Positions 10,142 through 19,124 of a DNA stretch of 64,000 nucleotides are shown piece after piece (the stretch's first letter is position 1; the number at the start of each line of letters is the position of its first letter). The DNA is taken from contig JAVZLM010000001.1 of assembly GCA_038883775.1 (NCBI GenBank), positions 64,001 through 128,000 on the forward strand, written 5' to 3'. The position numbers and the translations under genes are program-made. Source of the DNA: Candidatus Bathyarchaeia archaeon. Its GTDB lineage: Archaea; Thermoproteota; Bathyarchaeia; Bathyarchaeales; Bathycorpusculaceae. Under the pieces are notes generated by a model. It made no database searches, was not told the DNA's origin, and saw only the letters and a list, made by a program, of their open reading frames with translations.

Positions 10142-11200
10142 TCATGCTTTAAAAATTTTGTATCCAGCAGCCTTCCTAAGCCTATTCATAACAGCCAAAC
10201 CCAGCCCTTCCATTGGCAAACCCTCGGCAACTATAACATCAACCTTTTCGGAATCGAATTCCCTTAAAAGTCTAAAGAGGTTATTCGCAATTACTGTCAA
10301 GTTTTTTCTGCTTCCAAGAGACTTTACAACATCAGCCCTATAACAGTCAAAGTTTTCGTCCGTTGTAAGAACGCCAACCCGCCTATTCTCTTGTTTATAA
10401 AAATCCACAAGCTCCTTCACTTTACCCACAATTTTTGAGGCTTCCCCCTCCACCAAAACCACTTCAGCGTTTGGAGCATAATGCTTATGTTTTACGCCGG
10501 GCGAACGGGCTTTCTCAATGGCTACTTCCCTATCAGCAATTGCCACTGGATGAAGTTCCACATTGCCTAGAATTTTCTTTAAATCTTCGTAGGGGGTTCC
10601 GCCTGGACGCAAAATTTGTGGAGGCTCAACAGTCATGTCTAAAACTGTTGATTCCACCCCAATACGCGTGAGTCCAGCATCTAAAATTGCGTCTATTCTA
10701 CCGTTAAGATCTTCGAGAACATGCTCTGCAGATGTGGGGCTTGGTTTTCCAGCAAGGTTTGCACTTGGAGCCGCTATTGGACAGTTGCTTTCTCTTAACA
10801 ATGCTAAGGCAACGTTGTGTCTCGGCATTCGAATTGCAATAGTATCCAAACCTGCAACCGTCACGCTTGGCACAACGCTAGAACGTTTAAAAATTAAAGT
10901 TAAGGGTCCAGGCCAAAACCTTCGCATGAGCATGTCAGCTTTTGGCGGAATCTCCTTCACCAGTTTGTATATGTTTTCTATTTTTCCAACATGCACTATT
11001 GGTGGATTATCCAATGGTCTTTTTTTGGCTTCAAACAAAGCTAAAACGGCTTTTGCATTTAATGCGTCTGCCCCCAAACCATAAACTGTTTCTGTTGGAA
11101 AAGCCACCAAACCGCCTTTCTTGATAATGTTGGCTGCCAAACGAATAGCATTATTTTCTGGGTTTTTCGGGTCAACCTTAAACACTAATGTTTTTTTCAT
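10142..11200 (-). CDS. sua5: L-threonylcarbamoyladenylate synthase Sua5/TsaC2
   Basis: VAFPTETVYGLGA, KKRPLDNPPIVH, AAPSANLAG, SPGVKHKHYAP, AVMNRLRKAA. Confidence 0.95.
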   Translation of the reverse strand: MKKTLVFKVDPKNPENNAIRLAANIIKKGGLVAFPTETVYGLGADALNAKAVLALFEAKKRPLDNPPIVHVGKIENIYKLVKEIPPKADMLMRRFWPGPLTLIFKRSSVVPSVTVAGLDTIAIRMPRHNVALALLRESNCPIAAPSANLAGKPSPTSAEHVLEDLNGRIDAILDAGLTRIGVESTVLDMTVEPPQILRPGGTPYEDLKKILGNVELHPVAIADREVAIEKARSPGVKHKHYAPNAEVVLVEGEASKIVGKVKELVDFYKQENRRVGVLTTDENFDCYRADVVKSLGSRKNLTVIANNLFRLLREFDSEKVDVIVAEGLPMEGLGLAVMNRLRKAAGYKIFKA

Positions 11201-11300
11201 TATAGTTCAGCAGCTACCTTTACCATTAGTCAAGTAAGCTTGATTATTTAAACACATTTCAATCTATGGTAGAAAAATAAAGAGGTGCAGCTCGGCAATT

Positions 11301-12197
11301 TTAGGGAGCTTTCGGTTTTCTGGCACCGTAAACTATTATTCCGACACCGATCAGTATCCAGCCTATCCCGAAGAAAATCCATCCGTACGAGTTGTTTAGT
11401 GCAGCATTAGCTTGAATACGTTGTGCATCCGCCAATGAATCATAATAATCTAGCATTGCATCCTCAAAATTTGTTCCTTTTTCGTTCCAGGCGTCAAGAG
11501 CTTCGGTGAAATATTGGTCTGCATTTTGGAAGCATGTCTTCGCATTTTCAAAGTCTCCATTTGTGAAATATTGCCTTCCTATGGTATACTCCATATAAGC
11601 TTTGACGAAAAGAACCTGTGCTTCGGTTGCGTTGATTGCAGAAGGCGGTATTGTTATACTTGTCATAAAGCCTTTGAGCTTATTGTAGAGTTGAAAACTA
11701 TCAAAGTGAGCTTCAGACATAACTGCGAAGTTGCTACCCCTCCAATACCAATCCATTCGTGGAGCTGTATCACCTTCAACGGTATATTCTACATAAACAG
11801 TGTATGAGTGTACCCAGGTTTCAGGAGCAACAGTCAATGGCGGTGTTACATTTCCCACATTGAAAACCTTGACTTCAAGGGGTTCCATCCGAACAGGAGT
11901 GTCAAACGTATAGTTATACCATTTGCCCCAATCAAAATACACTTTTATCGCTGTGATGTTGACAGGCATATTTATGCGTGGTGGCGGAGGAGGAGTTAGA
12001 TAATCGTTGTATATACTTATCGAAATATTCCACCAAGTCTCTGTTTCATAAGCAACAACATTTTGGTGGTAATACAAATCTTCACCTACTGAAGAGTTTA
12101 TCCAAGCGAAATGCTCTATGCTTGCTGTCGCTGTTTTCGTTACAAGTAAAGGTACCAGCAGCAAAAGCAATAGTGAACACAAAATTTTTCTCTTCAT
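11301..12197 (-). CDS. Hypothetical secreted, membrane-anchored protein (beta domain + TPR-like helices + C-terminal TM)
   Basis: Signal peptide MKRKILCSLLLLLL (ATG 12197), C-terminal TM followed by RKPK. Confidence 0.7.
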   Translation of the reverse strand: MKRKILCSLLLLLLVPLLVTKTATASIEHFAWINSSVGEDLYYHQNVVAYETETWWNISISIYNDYLTPPPPPRINMPVNITAIKVYFDWGKWYNYTFDTPVRMEPLEVKVFNVGNVTPPLTVAPETWVHSYTVYVEYTVEGDTAPRMDWYWRGSNFAVMSEAHFDSFQLYNKLKGFMTSITIPPSAINATEAQVLFVKAYMEYTIGRQYFTNGDFENAKTCFQNADQYFTEALDAWNEKGTNFEDAMLDYYDSLADAQRIQANAALNNSYGWIFFGIGWILIGVGIIVYGARKPKAP

Positions 12198-12275
12198 ATT
12201 AATCCCAGCAACGGTTTTATTCCGACTCTGAATATTAAACTTGCGAATTTTCAATAAGAATTGTAGCAGAAAATT

Positions 12276-12773
12276 TTAGACCACATAATAGTCTATAACT
12301 TTTTTCATGCTTTTTGGTGTTGCTTGTCTCATGGCAAGTTGTTTCAGTATTTTTATCACTTGGGGCTGAAAACGTGCTATATCTGTGAGCGAAACCAAAC
12401 CCACGAGACGTTTTCCATCAACAACCGGCAACTTTTTAATTTTCATCTGAAACATGAGCCTTACAGCCTCTTCCAAATCCATGCTGGGTTCAACAACAAC
12501 CAGCGGGCTCGACATAACATCTTTCACTTTTGTTTTGTTTGCATCCCTTGCTTCGGCAACAACCCTCTTTAGCAAGTCTCTTTCCGTTATTATTCCCATG
12601 GCTTTTCCTTTTCTCACGGCAATTAAACAGCCAATTTCAAACTTGTTCATGATTTCTGCTGCTTCTTTCACTGTTGAGTTTTCGTCTATTGTTATTACTT
12701 CTTTGACCATGACGTCCTCAACTTTTAATGATATTCCGCTTTCTTCTTTTTCCTCTTCAGACAATGGAACCAC
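12276..12773 (-). CDS. CBS domain pair protein
   Basis: KVEDVM, GIITERDLL, KKLPVVD..LVGLVSLTDI. Confidence 0.9.
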   Translation of the reverse strand: MVPLSEEEKEESGISLKVEDVMVKEVITIDENSTVKEAAEIMNKFEIGCLIAVRKGKAMGIITERDLLKRVVAEARDANKTKVKDVMSSPLVVVEPSMDLEEAVRLMFQMKIKKLPVVDGKRLVGLVSLTDIARFQPQVIKILKQLAMRQATPKSMKKVIDYYVV

Positions 12774-12807
12774 CGCCCTTTTCTATCTTTAAAATCCAAT
12801 ATATAAG

Positions 12808-14148
12808 TTAATGTGCTAAAAATTTTTGAACAAGCTTCTGAACTTCGCTGCCAACGGGGATTTTTGCTCGCTCAAACTTCTCTTTAGGCTTTGTGAATGG
12901 TCTTGTGGCATCCAACCCCATTTTGCTTGTCAACCCAGTCTCTTGGTCAGCAGAAGAATCCAATGTTGAACCACGAACATTATTCAAAATTATTAAATCT
13001 TCGCTTGCCTGAAAACGCGTTGCCACAGCCCACTCCACATCATTTGGATCAAAAACGTTAATGTCAGAATCCACAACCACAGCATGCTTTAAGCTTGGAT
13101 GGGCAGCAAAAGCAGCCAACAAAGCATTCTTTCCATCCCCATCAAGCTGCTTTTCAATGGATATTATTGCATGAAGCCATCCGCTTCCGCCAACCGAAAG
13201 GTTTACGGCATAAACTTTTGGCACAACTTTTGAAACGGCTTCCCAAATCAAAACTTCATGAGGCAAACCCATCAAGAGTTTATGCTCCGCTCCAGAGGGC
13301 AAAAGCGCTTGGTAGATATACTCTTCCCTATGCATGATATTTAAAACTTCCACAACGGGCTGGCGTCTTTGAATATCGTAAGTTCCAGTTATATCCACAA
13401 AGGGTCCTTCAGCGACTTCCTCTTTTGCAGAAATTTTGCCCTCAATGACTAGTTCTGTGTCTGCGGGCGCATAACCTTCTACATAGTCGCATTCAACTAA
13501 ACGTAAACCATTATCCAATAAGGCATTTGCCACATCAAACTCGTTAACGCCGAAAGGAACGGGGGAAGAAGCAGCCAAAATAACTGCTGGATGAACACCA
13601 ACGGAAATTGCCACCTCCAAATCTTTACCAGAGGCTTTTGCTGTTTGCCATAAACTGTAAAGATGTCTAGGAACCAAACGAATTGCTAAACGTTTCTTAT
13701 CCAAAACTTGAAGGCGATGAACCGAAACATTCTCAACTTTTCCATCAACACTTTTCGCGTAAACAACTGCCGAAGTAATGTATGGACCAGCATCCTTCTC
13801 AAAATGCGTCAAAACAGGAATCTTAGACAAATCTTTCTCAATAATTTCTTTTACTGGTCCGTCTCCGATAACTTTTGGTTTTTTTGGTGAACGCCAAGCT
13901 TCTGTCAATCTTTTATAAAGCCCGTCTTGGTCAACGTTTAGGGCTGTACAAATTCTTTTTCTGGTTCCGCAAACGTTGGCAACAATCCTTGTTTTGTAAT
14001 TTTTTACGTTTTCAAAAATTAAAATCGGACCTTGATTGTCGAAGTTTTTCATTATGAATGGAATTTCAAAGCGAGTTGATACGCTGTCTTTTATATGCAG
14101 TGTTTCCTTTTCTTTTTCCATTTTTTCGAGAAACTCTCGGAGGCTCAT
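12808..14148 (-). CDS. UbiD-family (prFMN-dependent) decarboxylase, possibly anhydromevalonate phosphate decarboxylase
   Basis: DAGPYIT, NVSVHRL, EGPFVDITGTY, VVVDSDIN..D..DVEWA.ATR, GSTLDSS, KMGLDAT. Confidence 0.88.
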   Translation of the reverse strand: MSLREFLEKMEKEKETLHIKDSVSTRFEIPFIMKNFDNQGPILIFENVKNYKTRIVANVCGTRKRICTALNVDQDGLYKRLTEAWRSPKKPKVIGDGPVKEIIEKDLSKIPVLTHFEKDAGPYITSAVVYAKSVDGKVENVSVHRLQVLDKKRLAIRLVPRHLYSLWQTAKASGKDLEVAISVGVHPAVILAASSPVPFGVNEFDVANALLDNGLRLVECDYVEGYAPADTELVIEGKISAKEEVAEGPFVDITGTYDIQRRQPVVEVLNIMHREEYIYQALLPSGAEHKLLMGLPHEVLIWEAVSKVVPKVYAVNLSVGGSGWLHAIISIEKQLDGDGKNALLAAFAAHPSLKHAVVVDSDINVFDPNDVEWAVATRFQASEDLIILNNVRGSTLDSSADQETGLTSKMGLDATRPFTKPKEKFERAKIPVGSEVQKLVQKFLAH

Positions 14149-14516
14149 GTTCCCGCTTTCTCTCCTTCAATTTCTGCTTTGGCAACTTTTTCAATTAGTT
14201 TCATAAAAATTGATTGAGCTTGCATTTCGTTAATTGTTTCAAGGTAAATGGAAACTAAGGCAATTTTCTGTTTTCTCGAGGCAATGTATTCGGCGAACAT
14301 GCGGGCTGAAATTGCATTTTTGTCGCCTAAAAGCACCGACGACGAAACTGGTCCTATCAAATCCCTTGGTTTTGGAACAGCAACTGCCAAAGTTCCAAGC
14401 TTGTCCTCTCTTTCGCTTAGAAGAATTAGGCATGCATTCCGAGTTTCCACATAAACAGCCAAAAAATGGATGTTCTGCTCAATAACTTCTTCTTTAACGA
14501 TTTTTGCACGTTCCAT
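14145..14516 (-). CDS. Proteasome assembly chaperone 4 (PAC4/PSMG4)-like protein
   Basis: EQNIHF...LGTLAVAVP...PVSSSVLLGD...ARMFAEYIASRKQKIALVS parallels the remembered PSMG4 pattern. Confidence 0.6.
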   Translation of the reverse strand: MERAKIVKEEVIEQNIHFLAVYVETRNACLILLSEREDKLGTLAVAVPKPRDLIGPVSSSVLLGDKNAISARMFAEYIASRKQKIALVSIYLETINEMQAQSIFMKLIEKVAKAEIEGEKAGT

Positions 14517-14585
14517 CGCGATTCTCCATTGCTTATTTATAACTTAATAATTCACTATTTATTGTTTTCAAAGGCGAAACACGAA

Positions 14586-15242
14586 ATGAATGAGAATCGT
14601 GCTGGAAAAATCCTTCAAACGCTTCAGAAAACATTCACAATGCCAAAATGGGTTACCTCAAACAGAGATCCCTTTGAAACATTAATTGTTACAATAATTT
14701 CGCAGAACACTGCCGACAGAAACACGGCAAAAGCCTTCGAAAACCTTTCGAGACAATTCAAAATAACGCCCGAAGTGTTGGCGAATGCGGAAATAAGCCA
14801 AATTGAAAGATGCTTGAGAGTTGCTGGCTTATACAGAAACAAAGCCAAAAAAATAAGGCAAATTTCAAAAATAATTCTTGAAGAATTTCATGGCACTTTA
14901 AATCCCATCTTATCGTTGCCCTTCGAAGAAGCAAGAAAAACGCTTCTCAAACTTCCTGGTGTTGGACCTAAAACTGCCGATGTGCTTCTACTTTTTTGTT
15001 CGAAAAAGCCCACAATTCCAGTGGACACTCATGTGAACCGCGTGGCAAAGCGTTTGGGTTTGGCGCCACAAAACGGCGATTATGAAATAGTTCGCCAATC
15101 TCTTCAATCCCTCTATAACCCAAAAGATTATCTTGCAGTTCACATTTTGCTGATTTTGCTTGGCAGAAAATATTGCAGAGCCAGAAACCCCCTTTGTAAG
15201 CATTGCCCAGTAAACACGTATTGCCCTTCGAGGCAATTATAA
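14586..15242 (+). CDS. nth: Endonuclease III (HhH-GPD, 4Fe-4S)
   Basis: LPGVGPKTAD, PVDTHVNRV, C-x6-C-x2-C-x5-C; start at ATG 14586. Confidence 0.93.
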   Translation: MNENRAGKILQTLQKTFTMPKWVTSNRDPFETLIVTIISQNTADRNTAKAFENLSRQFKITPEVLANAEISQIERCLRVAGLYRNKAKKIRQISKIILEEFHGTLNPILSLPFEEARKTLLKLPGVGPKTADVLLLFCSKKPTIPVDTHVNRVAKRLGLAPQNGDYEIVRQSLQSLYNPKDYLAVHILLILLGRKYCRARNPLCKHCPVNTYCPSRQL

Positions 15243-15261
15243 ACGAATTTTTGATTATTGC

Positions 15262-16560
15262 CTAAAGTTTTACGAATGCGACTTCTTCTGTGAAAGCTGG
15301 AGTTTCCTTTAGATTTTTGTCCAGTTTAACCCTTCCTAAGGCAACTGTGGAAATTTTTTCGGAGACTGGGGTGAAAATTTTTAGGGTTTTTCTGCCATAG
15401 TCAATTTCTCTTAGGATGCCTATGCCGAGAAATTTTCTTTCGTTATTGTATAAAGCCAACAGCAAGCCTTCCTCTTCGCCTTTTCGGAAAACCACGACTT
15501 TCTTCCCAAAAGCTTCCTCCAGTTTTTTTATGTTTTCCTCCCTAATCCAACGTCCCACACCAATAACCATGCAAACTTTATCTTTTAGTTCTGCAAAATG
15601 CAATGGTTTCATCCCCAAAAGCTCGTAGGTTTTCTTCGCTTGTCTTGTGTTTTCATGGGATGTGCCCAAGCCGAAGAATTCATTTGCTTCAATTTTTAAC
15701 CAGCTTATTGGGAGTGTTTGCACTTTTGCGTTTTTCAAATATTTTATGTATCCCAGCTCCCGGAGGCTTCTTCTTTTTTCCCTGCTCCTCTGTTTTATGG
15801 TTGGAGGAGATTCCACGACAATTTTCTGGAATCCTTCAAGGCTGTTGAGGATAGGCGTTAACTCATCTTTTTGTTGGATGCAGAAGATTATGTGTGGGTT
15901 AAGCTCTTTTACAAGTTGGACTTTATAGTTTACGGCGTCTTCTCCCTCAATCCAACCGTCTGTGTTGATGACAATAAAGTCTGGATTGCCGTCTAAAATT
16001 TCCCTTTTTAGTGAAGTCACTCCTTCAATTACTTTGTTTATGGCTAGGCTTGGCGAAGTGTAGCCTATGAAAAAGGCGTTTTTTGCTTCCAAGTTAAACA
16101 AGTCGGTTACTGGCTTTGTTAGGAAAGTGTAGGCAACTGTGCAAGGTGGACCAATGTCAGATTGACCTAAATCACCATCTAATATGGCCACTTTCTGTTT
16201 TTCTTGCAATAACCTATTTGTTAAGTATGTGCAGAAACTTGTTTTTCCAGAATCAACCGTTCCCAAAACCATTGCGACAACGGGTTTACTTTGAAAATTC
16301 AGAAGCTGTTCATACGCTTCAGTCCAAGACTGTGGAATAGTGTTTCCATCAACTTCTTCGACGCTTGCATTTTCTCCCAATGAAATTTCAAGGATTATTG
16401 TTTCTTTAGCTGTGAAGGGTAATCTTTTACCTTCACGTATTACAACCTTGCCTCTGCTCTCAACTGTGGAGCCGAAGACTTCCGCAGTTCCTGAAGTGAC
16501 AGTGACGGATGCTGGTCCATCAACGAGCAGAGTTTTCCCCTTCTCAACGGTTTTATTCAT
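15262..16560 (-). CDS. Polynucleotide 5'-hydroxyl kinase, Clp1/Nol9/Grc3 family
   Basis: Walker A GTVDSGKTS, DGDLGQSDIGPP, VINTDGWI, RSREKRRSLRE lid. Confidence 0.9.
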   Translation of the reverse strand: MNKTVEKGKTLLVDGPASVTVTSGTAEVFGSTVESRGKVVIREGKRLPFTAKETIILEISLGENASVEEVDGNTIPQSWTEAYEQLLNFQSKPVVAMVLGTVDSGKTSFCTYLTNRLLQEKQKVAILDGDLGQSDIGPPCTVAYTFLTKPVTDLFNLEAKNAFFIGYTSPSLAINKVIEGVTSLKREILDGNPDFIVINTDGWIEGEDAVNYKVQLVKELNPHIIFCIQQKDELTPILNSLEGFQKIVVESPPTIKQRSREKRRSLRELGYIKYLKNAKVQTLPISWLKIEANEFFGLGTSHENTRQAKKTYELLGMKPLHFAELKDKVCMVIGVGRWIREENIKKLEEAFGKKVVVFRKGEEEGLLLALYNNERKFLGIGILREIDYGRKTLKIFTPVSEKISTVALGRVKLDKNLKETPAFTEEVAFVKL

Positions 16561-17197
16561 TTATTTTCCTCCGTGGAAATTTGCGTCCATTTCTTCCAGC
16601 AATTCTTATGGCCGAGGCTATGTCTCTTAATCCCCTTCTATATCCAACCTCGTTAGGTTTTCGGTCTGTTCCAGTTTCGCTTACGCTTTCTAATGTTATA
16701 TTTGAAGGTAGCATTTTATCCAAAGCTTTTAAAAGCTTCTCCTTATACATTGGAACTCCGTCTCCAACTTTTACTGAAAAAGATGTTGCTTGACTTTTTC
16801 CGAAACTTTTAACAGTGCTTTTTATCTTATTTAAAGTCTCGTTAACGCTAAAGCAATTTCCTGTTTCAATAACATTCCCATCGGCCAAAACTGCTAATCC
16901 AAAAACTTCGCCTGGATCTACACCTATAACTATTTTTTCATAATTCTCTTTTCCTTGAACAAGCTGTAATGCCTCATTTATCAATGCCTCTGGTTCCACG
17001 CCTTCTTGGTAGACCAAGATTTTTTCATGGTTTATAAGGGGTTTCTCTTCTTTGGTTGTTATGACAACCTTAACTTCTATCGGAATGGAATCTTTTGGCG
17101 TTAGACTTAGGAAAGGTACATTTTTCCTTTTCAATTCATTAACAATTAGGTAGTAGGCTTTCCCCGAAACTGTTGCAACCGCAATTTTCGCTTTCAT
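16553..17197 (-). CDS. RNase H-fold (YqgF/RuvC-like) putative nuclease with extra N-terminal domain
   Basis: VIGVDPGEVFGLAV, VSETGT, RDIASAIRIA acidic triad pattern. Confidence 0.65.
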   Translation of the reverse strand: MKAKIAVATVSGKAYYLIVNELKRKNVPFLSLTPKDSIPIEVKVVITTKEEKPLINHEKILVYQEGVEPEALINEALQLVQGKENYEKIVIGVDPGEVFGLAVLADGNVIETGNCFSVNETLNKIKSTVKSFGKSQATSFSVKVGDGVPMYKEKLLKALDKMLPSNITLESVSETGTDRKPNEVGYRRGLRDIASAIRIAGRNGRKFPRRKINE

Positions 17198-17272
17198 ACG
17201 CCTTTCCTGTTTTTATGAAGTTTTGAACACAAAGCAAATTATTAGTTTCGTGGTTTATATTCCTTGATGTGC

Positions 17273-17977
17273 ATGACCTTGCTGCAAAAAATTTCCACGG
17301 GTTGCAGAGGACTTGACAAGTTTCTGGAGGGGGGCATCCCATTTGAAAGTGTTAGCTTAATTTATGGAGAGGCGGAAACTGGAAAAACCACTTTGGCTAC
17401 GCAGTTAGCTGTGAACTGCGCACTTAAGGGTTACAAAACGCTATTTGTGGACTGTGACGGCACTTTCTCGACGCGGCGCCTTTCTCAGATAGCTTCTGAA
17501 AATTTTGAAAGAGTTGCTGAACAAGTAATTTTGATGAGACCAAAAATTTTCCGTGAACAGATGCTAGTGATAGATAAGTTGCCAGAATATATTGCCAAAA
17601 ACTTTGGGCTGGTGGTTGTTGACACGCTCACATCACTTTATCGTGTGGAAATTGCGGAACATCCAAATAAAGCCTTCGAGCTTAACCGCGAATTGAACAG
17701 GCAAATGGCTTTGTTGGCGCAAATTGCCAAAACAAGAAAAATTTCGGTCACAATAACAAGTCAAGTGCGAAGCGTTTTCAATGAGGCTTATGTTAGCATT
17801 GAACCGGTTGCTACCAGAGTCTTAAAATTTTGGGCAGACATAATAATCGCCTTGCGCCCAACCGAAAACCCCCAAGTGATTAGGGCGGTTTTGGAGAAAA
17901 GTCCAAAAGGAAATCAACCACAGACTCTTCAATTAAAAATAGAAGAAACTGGAATCCACGAGTATCCAACTCCTTAA
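17273..17977 (+). CDS. radB: DNA repair protein RadB (RecA-like)
   Basis: ISTGCRGLDKFLEGG, YGEAETGKTT, VVVDTLTSLYR, ITSQV; short with no N-terminal HhH. Confidence 0.85.
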   Translation: MTLLQKISTGCRGLDKFLEGGIPFESVSLIYGEAETGKTTLATQLAVNCALKGYKTLFVDCDGTFSTRRLSQIASENFERVAEQVILMRPKIFREQMLVIDKLPEYIAKNFGLVVVDTLTSLYRVEIAEHPNKAFELNRELNRQMALLAQIAKTRKISVTITSQVRSVFNEAYVSIEPVATRVLKFWADIIIALRPTENPQVIRAVLEKSPKGNQPQTLQLKIEETGIHEYPTP

Positions 17978-17989
17978 TGGTTGTGGAAA

Positions 17990-18484
17990 ATGGATATAAC
18001 ACAACTAATCATCGAGGCATTAAAATTCATATTCCCTGCCTACTGCGCCAACGCCATACCAGTAATCACTGGCGGAGGCTATCCCATCGATTTTGGTAAA
18101 AAGTTTTTTGATGGAAAACCAATTTTTGGAAAAAACAAAACCTTTCGAGGCTTCTTTTCAGGATTAATCGTTGGAACGAGTGTGGGATTATTAGAAAGCA
18201 TTCTTTTCAATTATCCCATACCCTTTGGTTTACTCTTGTCTCTTGGGGCGTTGGTTGGAGATTTAGCTGGCGCCTTCTTAAAAAGGAGGCTTGGAATATC
18301 TCCTGGAGACTTGTTGCCAATCATTGACCAAGTTGACTTTATTATAGGTGCAGTTTTGTTTTCACTTCCACTTTCAATATTGGATTTAAATCTTGCAATA
18401 ATAGTGTTAATTATAACTCCGCCTATACACTTGTTGACAAATTTTACAGCCTACAAGTTAGGTTTAAAAAATAATCCTTGGTAG
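17990..18484 (+). CDS. carS: CDP-archaeol synthase
   Basis: PAYCANAIPV, PIDFG...IFGKNKTFRGF, GDLAGAFLKRRLG, DQVDF. Confidence 0.93.
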   Translation: MDITQLIIEALKFIFPAYCANAIPVITGGGYPIDFGKKFFDGKPIFGKNKTFRGFFSGLIVGTSVGLLESILFNYPIPFGLLLSLGALVGDLAGAFLKRRLGISPGDLLPIIDQVDFIIGAVLFSLPLSILDLNLAIIVLIITPPIHLLTNFTAYKLGLKNNPW

Positions 18485-18490
18485 GGTTTT

Positions 18491-18907
18491 TCATCCAATT
18501 TTTATTTGTATCGTTATTTCTAGGAATATATATGCTATTAATATGAGGCTAAGTCCCATCAAAAACATCATGTAGGCTTGTCTTGGTTTGTAAGCATATT
18601 TTGTGCTTTGATAAACTGTCATTAATCCGCCAACGCCTAATGCATAGAGGATTGTGGCGACTATGCTGTCTGTTATAAATTGCTCTGATAATTGTGGATA
18701 GAGAAAGATGAAACGTCCACCGTAGTAAACTGCCGGGTAGGGCTTCATTATTATGTTGTATAAGCCTCCTCCAAAAAGGAATATAGCAATTGCAATGGCT
18801 AATATTGAGAGGATAAGCGAGGAAGGCTTTGCTGTTGAAATTTTTCGATAAAATCTGTTTAGTGAATAAGAAAGGGATGTGATTTGTCTCTTAACTCTTC
18901 TTGACAT
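18491..18907 (-). CDS. OST3/OST6 family, OSTC(DC2)-like oligosaccharyltransferase accessory subunit
   Basis: 3 TM; FLFGGGLYNIIMKP...QFITDSIV..ILYALGVGGL resembles remembered OSTC FLITGGIIYDVIVEPP...QYIMEGL...GGLG. Confidence 0.65.
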   Translation of the reverse strand: MSRRVKRQITSLSYSLNRFYRKISTAKPSSLILSILAIAIAIFLFGGGLYNIIMKPYPAVYYGGRFIFLYPQLSEQFITDSIVATILYALGVGGLMTVYQSTKYAYKPRQAYMMFLMGLSLILIAYIFLEITIQIKIG

Positions 18908-19124
18908 CTTGTTCTTCACCGCTTTTTATTAGGTATTCCGCCACCTCTCTAGCCCATTCTCCTGTTAACGGATTCTTAACAATCTCACTTAAATACTCTT
19001 TCCAAGAAATTTCTAGAGCTTTCTTCCATAACTCATACTTTTTTGAAATACTCTCATAGGCTTTGGAGTGAAGCTTGCAATAACCATCCTTTTCTGCTTC
19101 TCTACTGCATACTGCGCACTTCAA
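18891..19124 (-). CDS. Small zinc-finger protein (CxxC...CxxH)
   Basis: MKCAVC...GYCKLH; overlaps both topA and the OSTC-like gene. Confidence 0.7.
   Translation of the reverse strand: MKCAVCSREAEKDGYCKLHSKAYESISKKYELWKKALEISWKEYLSEIVKNPLTGEWAREVAEYLIKSGEEQDVKKS

Noticed and set aside
12808-14148. Firm assignment of the UbiD gene to the archaeal mevalonate pathway
   Set aside because: The partner aconitase X subunits and ubiX are not in the window; substrate cannot be assigned from motifs alone.
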